Of a DNA stretch of 64,000 bases, positions 13,533-26,242 are shown in pieces. The stretch is taken from the NCBI GenBank assembly GCA_951406725.2, contig OX597830.1, forward strand, positions 65,968,001-66,032,000. The letters are read 5' to 3'. This DNA is from Octopus vulgaris (taxonomy: Eukaryota). The position numbers were made by a program, and so were the translations under genes. Below the pieces are notes generated by a model that saw only the letters and a list, made by a program, of their open reading frames with translations, was not told where the DNA came from and did no database searches. The stretch's first letter is position 1; the number at the start of each line of letters is the position of its first letter.

Positions 13533-13957
13533 ATAGATAGATAGATATAGATATACATACATACATACATTCATACATGTGTATAAAAATACAGAAGCAA
13601 ATACCTTAATTTCAGTGGCACACCTGCACATTTTAGCAAACATCAAAGTGGAGTATCTATTCTTATCTGCTTTATATATATAGTAGAATCAGAAATAGAA
13701 AGTCCTTGGTACGGTATTATATATTTGAAGAAGTGAATGGAATTGGCTTTTCTAATAATTTTTCCACCTTAATAGTTATTAAACACCTAATAATTTATAA
13801 ACATCTAATGATTAAAGGGAGAAAATTATCAGACAAACAATTTCTATTCATTTTTTAAAAATAAATAAATACATACATACATACATACATACATACATAC
13901 ATACATAACTTACAGTGAATAAAAACCAAGGTATATTGTGTTTCATTAACTAATAAT

Positions 13958-14262
13958 TGAAAAATGTATAGTAAATGCAAAATCAAAGAAGAGACACAGG
14001 ATGCAAAGACGAACAGAAAACATATATTAAATGCACAGACAAATTGGGAACGGACACAGAAGGTCCCTAATTCCTTATCAGTTATTGACCAGAGGGTACG
14101 ACAAAGGAATGAGATTGTATTATACCCTTTGGTCAATAACTGATGAGGAATTAGGGACCTTCTGTGTCCCTTTTCCGCTCATCTATATGCATTTAGTATA
14201 TGTTTTTTAATTTGCCATTCTGTGTCTGTTTTTGATTTGTGCATTTACCATACAATTTTTCA
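13958..14262. repeat. Fold-back with about 140-bp arms (inner ~46 bp nearly perfect)
   Basis: ggacacagaaggtccctaattcc..cagttattgacca versus tggtcaataactgatgaggaattagggaccttctgtgtcc. Confidence 0.88.
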
Positions 14263-14263
14263 C

Positions 14264-14301
<38 letters not shown>

Positions 14302-15559
14302 ATTCCTTTTGACAAGTCTTTTTTCTACTTTCCAGCTGGGTTTCTGGCAATTCCTCGCACCAGACTAGCCTGATGGAAGTGGGTGCTAGTTTAGTCACCA
14401 AAATAAATTCAGTCGCTTAATAGGTTGTAGTCTCTTACATGTTACCAGTAGCACTCACAAGACACATGCAAAACAAAAAAGAAAGGCCGGACCAAGCAAT
14501 AGAGTTAACAACTGACTATCTAGCGACTGTCAGGGTAGGCAAATACTGCACTGGAGAATATTTTAGAATAGTAACAGATAGAAAAGTTACATCATATGCC
14601 CTTTCCTAGCAAAACAGCAGCAAACCTATTAAAAACATCTCAACTAAGGCAGCAGGTGGCTGTATGCATCACGTTGCAGCTTGGTATCTTATTTTGTGTA
14701 TTCTATTTTCTGTATGCAACCTACTTGGCCATATGTTTGATATTATTAAGATTGGCTGTCGTCAAAACATCAGACAAAATGCTTTGCAATATTCCTTCCA
14801 GATCTTTACATTCTGAGTTCAAATCCCATGAAAGTCAACTTCGCCTTTTATACCTCTGGGGCCAATAAAATAAAATATCAATCAAGTGCTGAGTTTGATG
14901 ATATTGACTAAAACTGTTTGCCACTAAAATTTTAGGCAGTGCTCCTGTATTAGAAACAATTATTAGACAAACTTCATTTGTAGATTCAGGTGCAGTTGTG
15001 TGGTTCTGGGTTCAGTCCTAATGTGTGGCACCTTGATCAAGTGTCTTTTACTAAAGCTTTGAGCCAACCAAAGCCTAGTGAGTGGATGTGGTAGATGGAA
15101 ACTGGAAGAAGGCTGTTGAATAAAGATATATATCTATGTGAGTCTTTGTATCTGTGTTTGTCACCCATCACCACTTGATAGCTTGTGTTGGTGTTTACAT
15201 CACCATAACTTAGAGGTTCAGCAAAAAAGACCAATAGAATAAGTTCCAGGGTTTAAAAAATTAATAAGTACGGGGGGAAGGTACTTCATTCAACCAAATG
15301 CCCCAGCAGTAACACAAGTAAAAGATAAAGGATATGTGTAGACATGGCTGTATGGCAAAAAAGGTCATTTTGCAACCACATGGTTTCAGGTTCAGTTCCA
15401 TCGTGCAACACCTTGAACAAGTGACTTTTACTAGAGCTTAGGGCCAATCAATGCCCTGTGGGTGAATTTCGTAGATGGAAACTGGGTGGATGTCCTTGTG
15501 TGTATGTGTGTGTGTGTGTGTGTGTATGTGATCATTACCAACATCGCTTCACTGGCATG

Positions 15560-16092
15560 TGTAAAAAGATTCGAGCGAAGTCATTGCCAGTACCGCCCGA
15601 CTGGCCCCTGTGCCAGTGGCACGTAAAAAGCACCCACTACACTCTCGGAGTGGTTGGCATTAGGAAGGGTATCCAGCTGTAGAAACTCTGCCAGATCAAG
15701 ATTGGAGCCTGGTGCAGCCATCTGGCTCTCCAGCCCTCAGTCAAAATCGTCCAACCCATGCTAGCATGGAAAGCGGACGTTAAACGATGATGATGATGAT
15801 GATGATATATATATATATATCCAGCCTCGTCTGGCACCTGTGTCGGTGGTACATAAAAAACACCATCCGAGCGTGGCCGTCTGCCAGCCTCGTCTGGCAC
15901 CTGTGTCGGTGGCACATAAAATCACCCACTACACTCTCGGAGTGGTTGGCGTTAGGAAGGGCATCCAGCTGTAGAAACACTGCCAGATCTGACTGGCCTG
16001 GTGCAGCCTTCGGGCTTGCCAGACCCCAGTTGAACCGTCCAACCCATGCTAGCATGGAAAGCGGATGTTTAAACGATGATGATGATGATGAT
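15560..16092 (+). mobile_element. Two tandem family C elements
   Basis: Two Nin-like cores, each ending ggaaagcgga.gtt.aaacgatgatgatg (about 15805 and 16092). Confidence 0.9.
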
Positions 16093-16297
16093 AGAGAGAG
16101 AGAGAGCAAGAGAGAGAAGTAGTAATGTAGATAAATATAGTTTGTCTTGATGTACATACATCTATATATATACATAGAGCACAAAAAATACAGAATGAAA
16201 TATAATGAAAAATAAATATGTATACATATATATATATAACAAAATTATGTAATGTTTTAACTGAACAGGTGTTTCAGGAAGCCAAGATTTGCATATA

Positions 16298-16578
16298 CAG
16301 TAATTCCTTGACTATCGCATATGTTATGTTCCATCCCCCCACCCCCACGATAGGTGAAAATCCGTGAAGTAGAAACAGTACTGTACTGCATATTTTTCTA
16401 TTATTTTTATAATTTGTATATATTTATTTTATAATAAATGCAAAACAATATCACAGAGGAATCAACATAAGCTTAAATAATGAACCGTCATAGGTGAACC
16501 GCAATAGGTGAACCATTATAGGTGAACCGCAGTAGATGAACCACAAAAGGTGAACTGTTATATGGTGAGGGATTATTG
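16298..16578. mobile_element. Tigger/pogo-type MITE with TA TSD and subterminal 14-bp repeats
   Basis: TA-cagtaattccttg...tgagggattattg-TA; repeated taggtgaaccg units at 16480-16560. Confidence 0.75.
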
Positions 16579-16774
16579 TATAGATGATATGTATATTGGT
16601 ATGGTGATGCAAAGAGGAAAAATAGACCTCAAAATATGAGCAGATGTATAGTTTTATTAATGTTTAGCAGAAGCAACAGAATGCTAATTCACGAAACTCT
16701 CATCCCTTGAATCACTCTGTTCCTTCTGATAAACTGCTAAATATTAATAAAATATTATATATATATATAATAAG

Positions 16775-16978
16775 ACCTCGTGAGTACCACTGGCAATTTT
16801 TTTTTTCCTCTGTCTTCCCTTCTCGGGATCTTTCCTTCTCCTATGTTTCCGACGAAGAGCTCCGCTCAAAACGTTAAACCCTCCTTCTTCCCTTCTTTCC
16901 TGAGCGTCCAATAATACTTTATTTGTTCCACGTCCTTGCGTTGTTGTGTTTTTTAGTTTTCTTGTTTGGATTAACTTT
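16775..16978 (+). mobile_element. Family P1 short element with hammerhead-like motif (16845-16879)
   Basis: gttt-CCGACGA-agagc-tcc-gctc-AAAA-cg-TT-aaac (core point mutations); flanked by (TA)n. Confidence 0.65.
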
Positions 16979-17032
16979 ATATATATATATATATTTTATA
17001 TTTTATTAATATTTATATATATATATATATAT

Positions 17033-17223
17033 CAGACACCATGATAGATCGTTAGCCACTACACACATTTTTTTTCTCACCTTGTTTACTGTGCCCCTTT
17101 CTGTAGAAGAGCGTAGGCTTGAAACGTAAAAGACTTTTTCTATTCCTGAGCATTATACTAATACATCTGTTTGTTTTGTACACCACCCATCTTTGTCTTT
17201 TGTTTTTTTCCGTAAACTTTCCC
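17033..17223 (+). mobile_element. Family P2 short element with hammerhead-like motif (17097-17132)
   Basis: cttt-CTGTAGA-agagc-gtag-gctt-GAAA-cg-TA-aaag; (TA)n on both sides. Confidence 0.7.
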
Positions 17224-17244
17224 TATATATATATATATATATAT

Positions 17245-17664
17245 TTACTCTTTTACTCTTTTACTCTTTTACTTGTTTCAGTCATTTGACTGCGGCCATG
17301 CTGGAGCACCGCCTTTAGTCGAGCAAATCGACCCCAGGACTTATCCTTTTGTAAGCCCAGTACTTATTCTATCGGTCTCTTTTGCCGAACCGCTAAGTGA
17401 CGGGGACGTAAACACACCAGCATCGGTTGTCAAGCAATGCTAGAGGGACAAACACAGACACACAAATATATACATACACATACACATATATATACATATA
17501 TACGACAGGCTTCTTTCAGTTTCTGACTACCAAATCCACTCACAAGGCATTGGTCGGCCCAGGGCTATAGCAGAAGACATTTGCCCAAGATGCCACGCAG
17601 TGGGACTGAACCCAGAACCATGTGGCTGGTTAGCAAGCTACTTACCACATAGCCACTCCTGCGC

Positions 17665-17665
<1 letters not shown>
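17245..17665 (-). mobile_element. Family A SINE, young full-length copy
   Basis: Homology to 10910-11340. Confidence 0.93.
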
Positions 17666-17750
<85 letters not shown>

Positions 17751-17778
17751 GTAAAATATAATATATATATAAAATATA

Positions 17779-17862
<84 letters not shown>

Positions 17863-18109
17863 CCTGACAATTAAAGTGAGATTGCAGCCATAGCCGATGC
17901 CAGTGTTGCATGTCCGGCCCATTTAAGAATACCCTTGATGTGTCGGGTGATATGATATGCTTGAGAAGACCTGTTGAGTCAAGTAAAACCAATACTATAG
18001 CTGTGGCCCCTGACTGGCTCCCATTCCGGTGGCACATAAAATGCATCATCCGAACATGGATTAAAAATACTTCCTCAGGTTACTATAACTGGCTTTCTGT
18101 TGGTGATGA

Positions 18110-18415
18110 CGATGAGCAATCCAGTTGATCAACAGAACAAACTGTTCATGAAATTAACGTGCAAATGGCTGAGCGCTCCACAAACATGTGTACCTTTAAC
18201 ATTAGTTCTCAGGAAGATTCAGCATGACACAGAATGTGACAAAGTTGGCCCTTTGAAATACAGGTACGACTCATTTTTGCCAGCTCAGTGGACTGGAGAA
18301 ACAGGAAATGGAGTGTCTTGCTCAAGGATACAATGTGCTGCTGGTGGTTGCAAATCAAAGTCACAACCTTATGATCATAATCCGAATACGCCTGACCACT
18401 AAGCCATGTGCCTTC
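18110..18415 (-). mobile_element. tRNA-headed SINE (further family)
   Basis: Minus head ggcacatggcttagtggtcagg..gtatccttgagcaagacac. Confidence 0.65.
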
Positions 18416-18496
18416 TTTGAACCCCCAAACCACATATTGGGAAGTGAACGTTTAGCCACCCAGCCATGCTAGCACCTATATATAACATGATGTATA

Positions 18497-19096
18497 TCTC
18501 TTTACTCTTACTCTTTTACTTGTTTCAGTCATTTGACTGTAGCCATGCTGGAGCACCACCTTGAGTTGAACAAATCGACCCCAGGGCTTATTCTTTGTAA
18601 GCCTTGTACTTATTTTAATGCTCGCTTTTGCCAAACTGCTAAGTTACGGGGACGTAAACACACCAGCATCAGTTGTCAAGCGATGTTGGGGGGACAAACA
18701 CAGACACACAAACATGTACACACGCATAGAGAACATTCTTTCTTTGTAGTTTGATCGTAGGTGATCTATTTCTAGCATATGGCTGTCCACATAGTGGTTT
18801 TTAGCCCTTAAAATATACACATGTATTAGAATTTTCTCTGATTTTTCAGATTTTTGTATGCTAGGCTACTATTAATTAAATTAATATTCAATTTATCTCC
18901 CTCATTATTTAAATATATATATATACATATATACGATGGGCTTCTTTCAGTTTCCGTTTACCAAATCCACTCACAAGACTTTGGTCGGCCCAAGGCTATA
19001 GTAGAAGACACTTGTCCAAAGTTCCACGCAGTGGGAGTGAACCTGGAAGCATGTGGTTCGTAAGCAAGTTACTTACCACACAGCCACTCCTACGCC
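18497..19096 (-). mobile_element. Family A SINE split by a ~200-bp AT-rich insertion in its internal microsatellite
   Basis: 3' half at 18497-18715, 5' half at 18925-19096. Confidence 0.85.
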
Positions 19097-19667
19097 TGTG
19101 TCAAAATATATGTCAAAACCTTTATTATACACAAGCACACACACACACACACACACACACATGTATATTTAAGTCAGGAGGGGAAGCAGCTGTGCTCAAG
19201 ATCTTCACAGGCCTTCACAGTTTGAAGAAACTGAGAGGGCTGATGTTGAAAGCACACATGTTTTAAGTCAATATCTACAGAACAAAAATGAGGGCAGGTA
19301 GGTAATTGCAGACGGTTGACAATCTAAAGAAGGGTGGATTTCCCTAAATAAATGGTTAGTGCAAGGCTAAAGGTAGGTACAAGTGGGAGCTGGGAAGAAA
19401 AGAAGAAGGGGTGAAGGCCTGAATGGAAATGGTATGCAATTAATTATTTATGTAATTAGGAAGAAATAGTAAATAGAACAAGTGGGTGGGTTAGATGAAG
19501 CGTTGGAATGTTGCACAAAATGCCTACCAGTCTTTAGTTATGACAGTTTACATTCTGAGTTCAAATCCAGCTGAGGACAATTTTGTCTTTTTTTCCTTCT
19601 GGGCTTTTTTTTTTTTTTTTTTTTCTAGTTTCAGCTCAGAGCTGCGGCCATGCTGATGCACCGCCGT

Positions 19668-20003
19668 TTGTGTGGCGAAAGAGTACAGCAGGGATCGCCA
19701 CCACCCCCTGCCGGAGCCTCGTGGACCATTAGGTGTTTTCGTTCAATAAACACTCACAACGCCCAGTCTGGGAATCGAAACCGCGATCCTACAACCGTGA
19801 GTCCGCTGCCCTAACCACTGGGCCATTGCACCTCCACTTTTTTTGGTGAAAGAGTACAGCAGGGATCACCACCCCCTGCCGGAGCGTCGTGGAGCTTTTT
19901 AGGTGTTTTTGCTCAATAAACACAAACAACGCCCGGTCTGGGAATTGAAACCACAATCCTACGACCGCGAATCCGCTGCCCTAACCACTGGGCCATTGCG
20001 CCT
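19668..20003 (-). mobile_element. Head-to-tail dimer of family E tRNA-headed SINE 5' parts
   Basis: Two copies of gcaatggcccagtggttagggcagcgga...gtactctttc; longer copy at 40745-41045. Confidence 0.85.
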
Positions 20004-20463
20004 AAGTACTGTTGTCAATTTATATTTCTGTAATACATCCTGGTTGTGAATGAAATTGTAATAGAAAGAGAAGAGTAGAAGGAAGAGGAGGAGAAAGAAG
20101 ACGAGAAACCAATGGGAGAACTTCTACATGATGTTCAGTCTGCTAGAAATAGCAGCCAAAGCTCTTTTGAATCATTGAATCACACTCTATTGCTTCTATA
20201 AAAAGGACCCCTATTAGATGCTATTCTTAAGGACAAACAAACACCCCCACCACCACAACCGCCAGTAAAAGAGAGATGGGATAGTCATGATTTGGATACT
20301 TTTGATCATAGGTCTATTCAACCACGAGTTGACTCATGGCTAAACAACAAGAACAACAACAATTGAGAGCAGATAAGACTTGGAAACAGGAAGTATCAAA
20401 TAATACTGTGGATGTGAAATAAAGGGTTTGAATATATGTAACTCTCTTGTCGCATGGCTTTAA

Positions 20464-20684
20464 CCCTTTCGTTACCAACCCGACTGAAACCGGCTCTGGC
20501 TCTTTATTACAAATGTCTTGTTTTCATAAGTTTTGAATAAAAATCTTCCACCAAACCTTAGGCACAATTTACGTTCCCAGCATTAGTTGAATGATAACTA
20601 AGTTATTTTACTAAATTTTTCGTTATATTTAAAGTAATTGAAAGAAACACAAAGTGTCTCAACAGAAATATGGCAGCAAAAGGT
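20464..20684. mobile_element. piggyBac-type (TTAA) MITE
   Basis: TTAA-ccctttcgttacc...ggcagcaaaaggt-TTAA; a reverse related copy lies at about 47910-48120. Confidence 0.75.
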
Positions 20685-20864
20685 TTAATCAAGAAAGAAT
20701 GTGTGAAAGATATTTGGGGGAAAATAGTAGTGTGAAAAAAATGTATATCTTTCTTTTATCTCTTGCTTGTTTCGGGTGGCCATGCTGGAGCACTGTCTTG
20801 AAGAATTTTAGTCGAATGAATCAACCCCAGTACTTTTTTTTTTTTTTAAGTCTGATATTTATTC

Positions 20865-21090
20865 TTATTTCTTTATTGCCCACAAGGGGCTAAACATAGA
20901 GGGGGACAAACAAGGACATTTAGTCGATTACATCGACCCCCCCAGTGCGTAACTGGTACTTATTTAATCGACCCCGAAAGGATGAAAGGCAAAGTCGACC
21001 TCGGCGGAATTTGAACTCAGAACGTAACGGCAGACGAAATACTGCTAAGCATCTCGCCCGGTGTGCTAACGTTTCTGCCAGCTCGCCGTC
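20865..21090 (-). mobile_element. Family B SINE nested in a family A fragment
   Basis: Reverse of 4869-5100; aagtctg.tattt(t)attct duplicated on both sides (about 20848-20865 and 21094-21110). Confidence 0.9.
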
Positions 21091-21772
21091 TTCAAGTCTG
21101 GTATTTATTCTATCGGTGTCTTTTGCCAAACCACTAAGTTATAGGGGACATAGAAACACCAACATTGAGTCAACTATGGTTGAACTGACCTTTGGTCAAA
21201 AGTATCCCAACCATAATAGTGTAAGTGGGGAACAAACACAGTAAGTCCAATCACATACTTCCCTTGTACATGCACACACATACTCACGCAGAGTTGAAAC
21301 GCTGTTTGATTTTTCTTTTCTGCATTGAATGTTCACCATCCCACTTCCATTGCACACACACACACACACACACACACTGACATTCACATACCTCCCTTTT
21401 ACATACACACACACACACACACACACATACTCACACAGAACTGAAACGCTGTTTGATTTCTTTTTTTCACCATACAATTTCCATCATCCCACTACCAAGT
21501 TTGCCATCACCCCTTCCTTCCTTAATCATCTATCACTCCTTCCTTTCTCATTCATATGTTGTGACGGAGAAAGACACAAGTATATCATTATAGCAGATGG
21601 ATGGTAAATCAAATTAATACACTTGTCAATGTTATCTAATGGTTGTCGTTTACGATGTGACGTTGATCATCGTTTGTTACTGAAAGAACACTGGTTCACG
21701 CATACAAACATTCACATACTTCCCTTGTACATGCACACACATACACACATATACTCACACATAGTTGAAACA

Positions 21773-22160
21773 CTCTTTTACTCGTTTCAGTCATTTGACT
21801 GCGGCCATGCTGGAGCACCGCCTTTAGTTAAGCAAATCGACCCTAAGACTTATTCTTTGTAAGCCTAGTATTTATTCTATCGGTCTTTTTCGCTGAACTG
21901 CCAAGTTACGGGGACGTAAACATACCAACATCGGTTGTCAAGCAATGTTGAGGGGATAAACACAGACATATATATATATATATATATATACATATATACG
22001 ACGGGATTCTTTCAGTTTCCGTCTACCAAATCCACTCACAAGGCTTTGGTCAGCCCGAGGCTATAGTAGAAGACACTTGCCCAAGGTGTCTCACAGTGGG
22101 ACTGAACCCGGAACCATGTGGTTGATAAGCAAGCTACTTACCACACAGCCACTCCTACAT
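21773..22160 (-). mobile_element. Family A SINE
   Basis: Homology to 10910-11340. Confidence 0.9.
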
Positions 22161-23441
22161 CTGTGATTTTTGATTTTTTTTTTTCACTCTTTCCTTCCTT
22201 CTTCATCTATCACCCCATTCCTTTCTCATTCATGTGTTGTGACAGAGAAAAACACAAGAGTATTATTATAGTAGATGGTTTCAAATTTTGGCACAAGACC
22301 ACCAATTTCAGGGAAGATGAAAGTCAATTACATTGACCCCAGTAGTACTCAACTGGTTTTTATTTTATTGATCCTGAAAGGGTGAAAGGACAAAACCAAC
22401 CCCTGTGGAACTCGAACTCAGAACGTAACAACAGACAATATACGGCTAAATTCTTTGCCCAGTGTGCTAACAGCTCTGCTTGCTCACTGCCTTAACTTCA
22501 TGTTATAATAATAAAATCAGTAAGTTCGATGATGATAACACTTGTATACTTTGATGGCTCCATAAATAGAGTGATTGAGCATCAGATTTACATAGCATCA
22601 TACTTTAATGCCTCAAGATACAAATAAGAGATAATAGCTTGGGGTATAAAAACTGCTGCTTTATTTGTTTATTAACTGCCCCTAGATATTTCATAATTCC
22701 ATATATAATGTTTATATCTCCATAAACAACGAACTGCTATCAAAGAGTATATATATATATGTTTTTTTTTTACTTCTTTTGTTCTTTAATCTATTGTGGT
22801 TATATTTCATAGATATCTTTTATTACATTATGTATATTCAATACATTGCTACTGGTTATCCTCCCTGTGAATTCAGGCTTTGTTACAACACTGGCCTTTC
22901 AAAAGAAGGCAAGTCCATGATAATGTTTTATGTACAGTGTTCTTCATGAAAACATATACGTTTGTGATATAATTTTGGTTCCTTATTAATTGGTATCCGT
23001 TTTCTTTTTTTTAATTCACTAGAGAGTTCACTGTTATCTTTTGCTATTTCCTAAAAATAACATTATATTTGTTGCTGTTTAACCCTGAGTAGACCTTCAA
23101 TGAGCAGAGAAGATCTTTGATCAAAGACATTCTAGTCATGACCATTGTCCTTTTTTTTTTTGTTCACTAGTGCAGGCATGGTCATGAGGCTAAGAAGCTT
23201 GCTTTGCAACCACATGACTATGGGTTCTGTCCCACTGTGCAGCACCTTGAGCAAGTATTTTTTTTTTATTATAACCCCAAATTGACCAGTGCTTTGTGAG
23301 TGAATTTATCAGATGAAAACTGTGTGGTAGCCTGTTGTATATATAGTTCAAATATATAGTTGTATATATAGTTCGAAGACAGGTGAGGGAACAAGAAATA
23401 GGTTTATTAGTTTGACACTTGGGGAAAAATGGAATTTCCAT

Positions 23442-24032
23442 CACCTGGAATTTCCATCACCGGTCTGGAACACCTATCTTGCCCAGGATATTAATCGTCT
23501 GGAAACCGTTCGGCGATGTGCAACCAAGAGAATACCCTCCATCAGGTATTTGCCATATTCTGAAAGCCTTACATCCCTGGTCATGGATATATTGAAACTC
23601 CGACGTCTGGTAGCTGACTTGGCAGACACCCATAAAATTATTAACCATATTACTAACAATAAATCTGAGCACCTTTTCAAACTCCACCTGTCTAACACCC
23701 GTGGACGTGTTTACAAAGTCAGAAAACAGCACAGCTCCCATTACTTTCAGAAACATTTTTTCACGCTAAGAGTTGCTGAAGTATGGAACAAATTGCTGGC
23801 ATCAGTTGTTAGTTGTCGGAGCACTGCATCCTTCAAAACTTCCATGCTTCCTGAGATTCGCCAACACTACACCTGATTTTCTCCCCTCCATACACATGCA
23901 AGCATGTATCAGATTCATACAATGTTCACTTTCCAGACATTTGTACATTACTGCATATGATTTATATGCACTTTTGACAAGTTGTGGTGCACCTGAGCAC
24001 TGTATACAATAATTTCATTATTATTTATTATT
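23442..24032 (+). mobile_element. 5'-truncated CR1-type LINE (ORF2 C-terminus plus 3' UTR)
   Basis: HLEFPSPVWN..DINRLETVRRCATKRIP..LPYSESL..LKLRRL.ADL..TRG..YK..KHFFTLRVAEVWNKL matches the CR1 post-RT domain (LEY.SPVW..LE.VQRRATK..YEERL..RRLRGDL..TRGH..FFS.RV...WN.LP). Confidence 0.92.
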
Positions 24033-24058
24033 TTTAAAAAATGGAGGGAACGAAAAAA

Positions 24059-24106
<48 letters not shown>

Positions 24107-24203
24107 AGTGCACGTGTGTGTATGTGTATAAAGATATTGGTTATATCTTTTATCATTTTACTTATTTCACTCACTTGCCTGTGGCCATGATGGAGCACCA
24201 CCC

Positions 24204-24485
24204 TGAAGGTCTTAGTCAAACAAATGGACATAGGTACTTGGTTTTAAAGTTTAGTACTTATTCTATCAGCCTCCTTTGCTAAACTGCTGAATTAAGGGGG
24301 ACATAAACAAACCAACATCAGTTTTAAAATGGTGGTGAGGGACAAACGCAAAGACACCACCACTTTAGAACTGGTGCTGGTTTGTTTGTGTTCCCCTTAA
24401 TTCAGCAGTTTAGCAAAGTAGGCTGATAGAAGTACTAAACTTTAAAACTAAGTACCTATGTCCATTTGTTTGACTAAAACCTTCA
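24204..24485. repeat. Local inverted duplication of a family A SINE 3' half (about 130-bp arms, 17-nt loop)
   Basis: 24204-24337 versus 24355-24485 share private variants such as aaatggacataggtactt. Confidence 0.9.
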
Positions 24486-24685
24486 TCACTATAGTTGCAA
24501 AATTATAGCTGAGTTGGTAGTTATGGAGCCATTGCAAATTTCCGATGCAACGGATATATAATTCTTAAAGAGGACAACGGAAACAGATGTAAGACTTTGA
24601 ATTGCTTCCAATAATAATAATAAAAATAATGCATATGACTTGAGATGTTTGCCTTGCCTTAACGTTTGTTGCCCTCTTTAACAAT

Positions 24686-24942
24686 TGGCACCTGTGTCGG
24701 TGGCACATAAAAAACACCATCCGAGCGTGGCCGTTCGCCAGCCTCATCTGGCACCTGTGTCGGTGGCACATAAAAAGCACCCACTACACTAACGGAGTGG
24801 TTGGTGTTAGGAAGGGCATCCAGCTGTAGAAACACTGCCAGATCTAACTGGCCTGGTGCAGCCTTCTGGCTTCCCAGACCCCAGTTGAACCATCCAACCC
24901 ATGCTAGCATGGAAAGCGGACGTTAAACGATGATGATGATGA
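24686..24942 (+). mobile_element. Family C element
   Basis: Nin-like core, (GAT)n tail, duplicated tggcacctgtgtcggtggcacataaaaa unit. Confidence 0.9.
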
Positions 24943-24965
24943 TATATATATATATATATATATAT

Positions 24966-25365
24966 ATTCTTTTACTCTTTTACTTGTTTCAGTCATTTGA
25001 CTGAGGCCATGCTGAAACACCGCCTTTAGTCGAGCAAATCGACCCCAGGACTTATTCTTTGTAAGCCTAGTACTTATTCTATCGGTCTCTTTTGCCAAAC
25101 CGCTATGTTACGAGGACGTAAACACACCAGCATCGGTTGTCAAGCAATGCTAGGGGGACAAACACAGACACACAAACATATATACACACACATACATGTA
25201 TATATATACATATATACGATGGGCTTCTTTCAGTTTCCATCTACCAAATCCACTCACAAGGCTTTGGTTGGCCCGAGGCTATAGTAGAAGACACTCAGTG
25301 GGACTGAGCCTGGAATCATGTGGTTGGCAAGCAAGCTACTTACCACACAGCTACTCCTATGCCTA
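24966..25365 (-). mobile_element. Family A SINE
   Basis: Homology to 10910-11340. Confidence 0.9.
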
Positions 25366-25375
25366 TATATATATG

Positions 25376-25435
<60 letters not shown>

Positions 25436-25447
25436 GGTATAAATATA

Positions 25448-26210
25448 TCATCATCATCATCGTTTAACGTCTGTTCTCCATGCTAGCATGGGTTGGAGGG
25501 TTTGACCGGGGATCTGGGAAGCCAGAAGGCTGCACCAGGCTCCAGTCTTATCTGGCAATGTTTCTACAGCTGGATGCCCTTCCTAACGCCAACCACTCCG
25601 TGAGTGTAGTGGGTGCTTTTTACGTGCCACCTGCACAGGTGCCAGGTGAGGCTGGCAACAGCCATGGTCGGATTGGTGTATTTTATGTGCCACCGGCACG
25701 GAAGCCAGTCGAGGCGGTGCTGGCATCGGCCACGAGTCGGATAGTGCTTTTTACGTACCACCAGACCAGGGATCCTGGCTGGTTCAATTCGATTTCGATT
25801 TCGCTTGCCCCAACATGTCTTCGCAAGCAAAGGGGGTTGGCATGGGTGCCTGTCGTACGGTCGGATTGGTGTATTTTACGTGCCACCGGCACGGAAGCCA
25901 GTGGAGTCGGCGCTGGCATTGGCCACGAGTCAGATAGTGCTTTTTACGTACCACCAGACCAGGGATCCTGGCTGGTTCAATTCGATTTCGATTTCACTTT
26001 CGCTTGCCCCAACAAGTCTTCACAAGCAAAGGGGGTTGGCATGGGTGCCTGTCGTCGGATGAGGTTCTATATCGACTTCGCTTGCCTCAACAGGTCTTTG
26101 TGTCCAAGGGAGGAAAGGCATTCATAAGTGGGCTGGGCTCACTTGTCCTGCCTGGTCTTCTCACGTACAGCATATTTCCAAAGTCCTCGGTTGCTGGTCA
26201 TTTCCTCAGT
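25448..26210 (-). mobile_element. 5'-truncated RTE-like LINE end: ORF terminus, repeat-rich 3' UTR, Nin-like domain, (GAT)n tail
   Basis: Minus strand starts TEEMTSNRGLWKYAVREKTRQDK* (DR..W motif) and runs into the family C body; ~190-bp internal tandem duplication at 25665-26055. Confidence 0.75.
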
Positions 26211-26211
26211 G

Positions 26212-26242
<31 letters not shown>

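Noticed and set aside
15560-16092. CRISPR-like repeat-spacer array in family C subrepeats or at 16480-16560
   Set aside because: Eukaryotic TE-internal repeats; spacers are not unique or of constant length; no cas genes
19760-20003. tRNA genes
   Set aside because: tRNA-derived SINE heads without a complete cloverleaf; they continue into SINE bodies
25480-26127. 215-aa ORF MLAWVGG...LQLDALPNANH
   Set aside because: Antisense reading of the family C/RTE 3' UTR repeat; the same pseudo-peptide recurs at many copies
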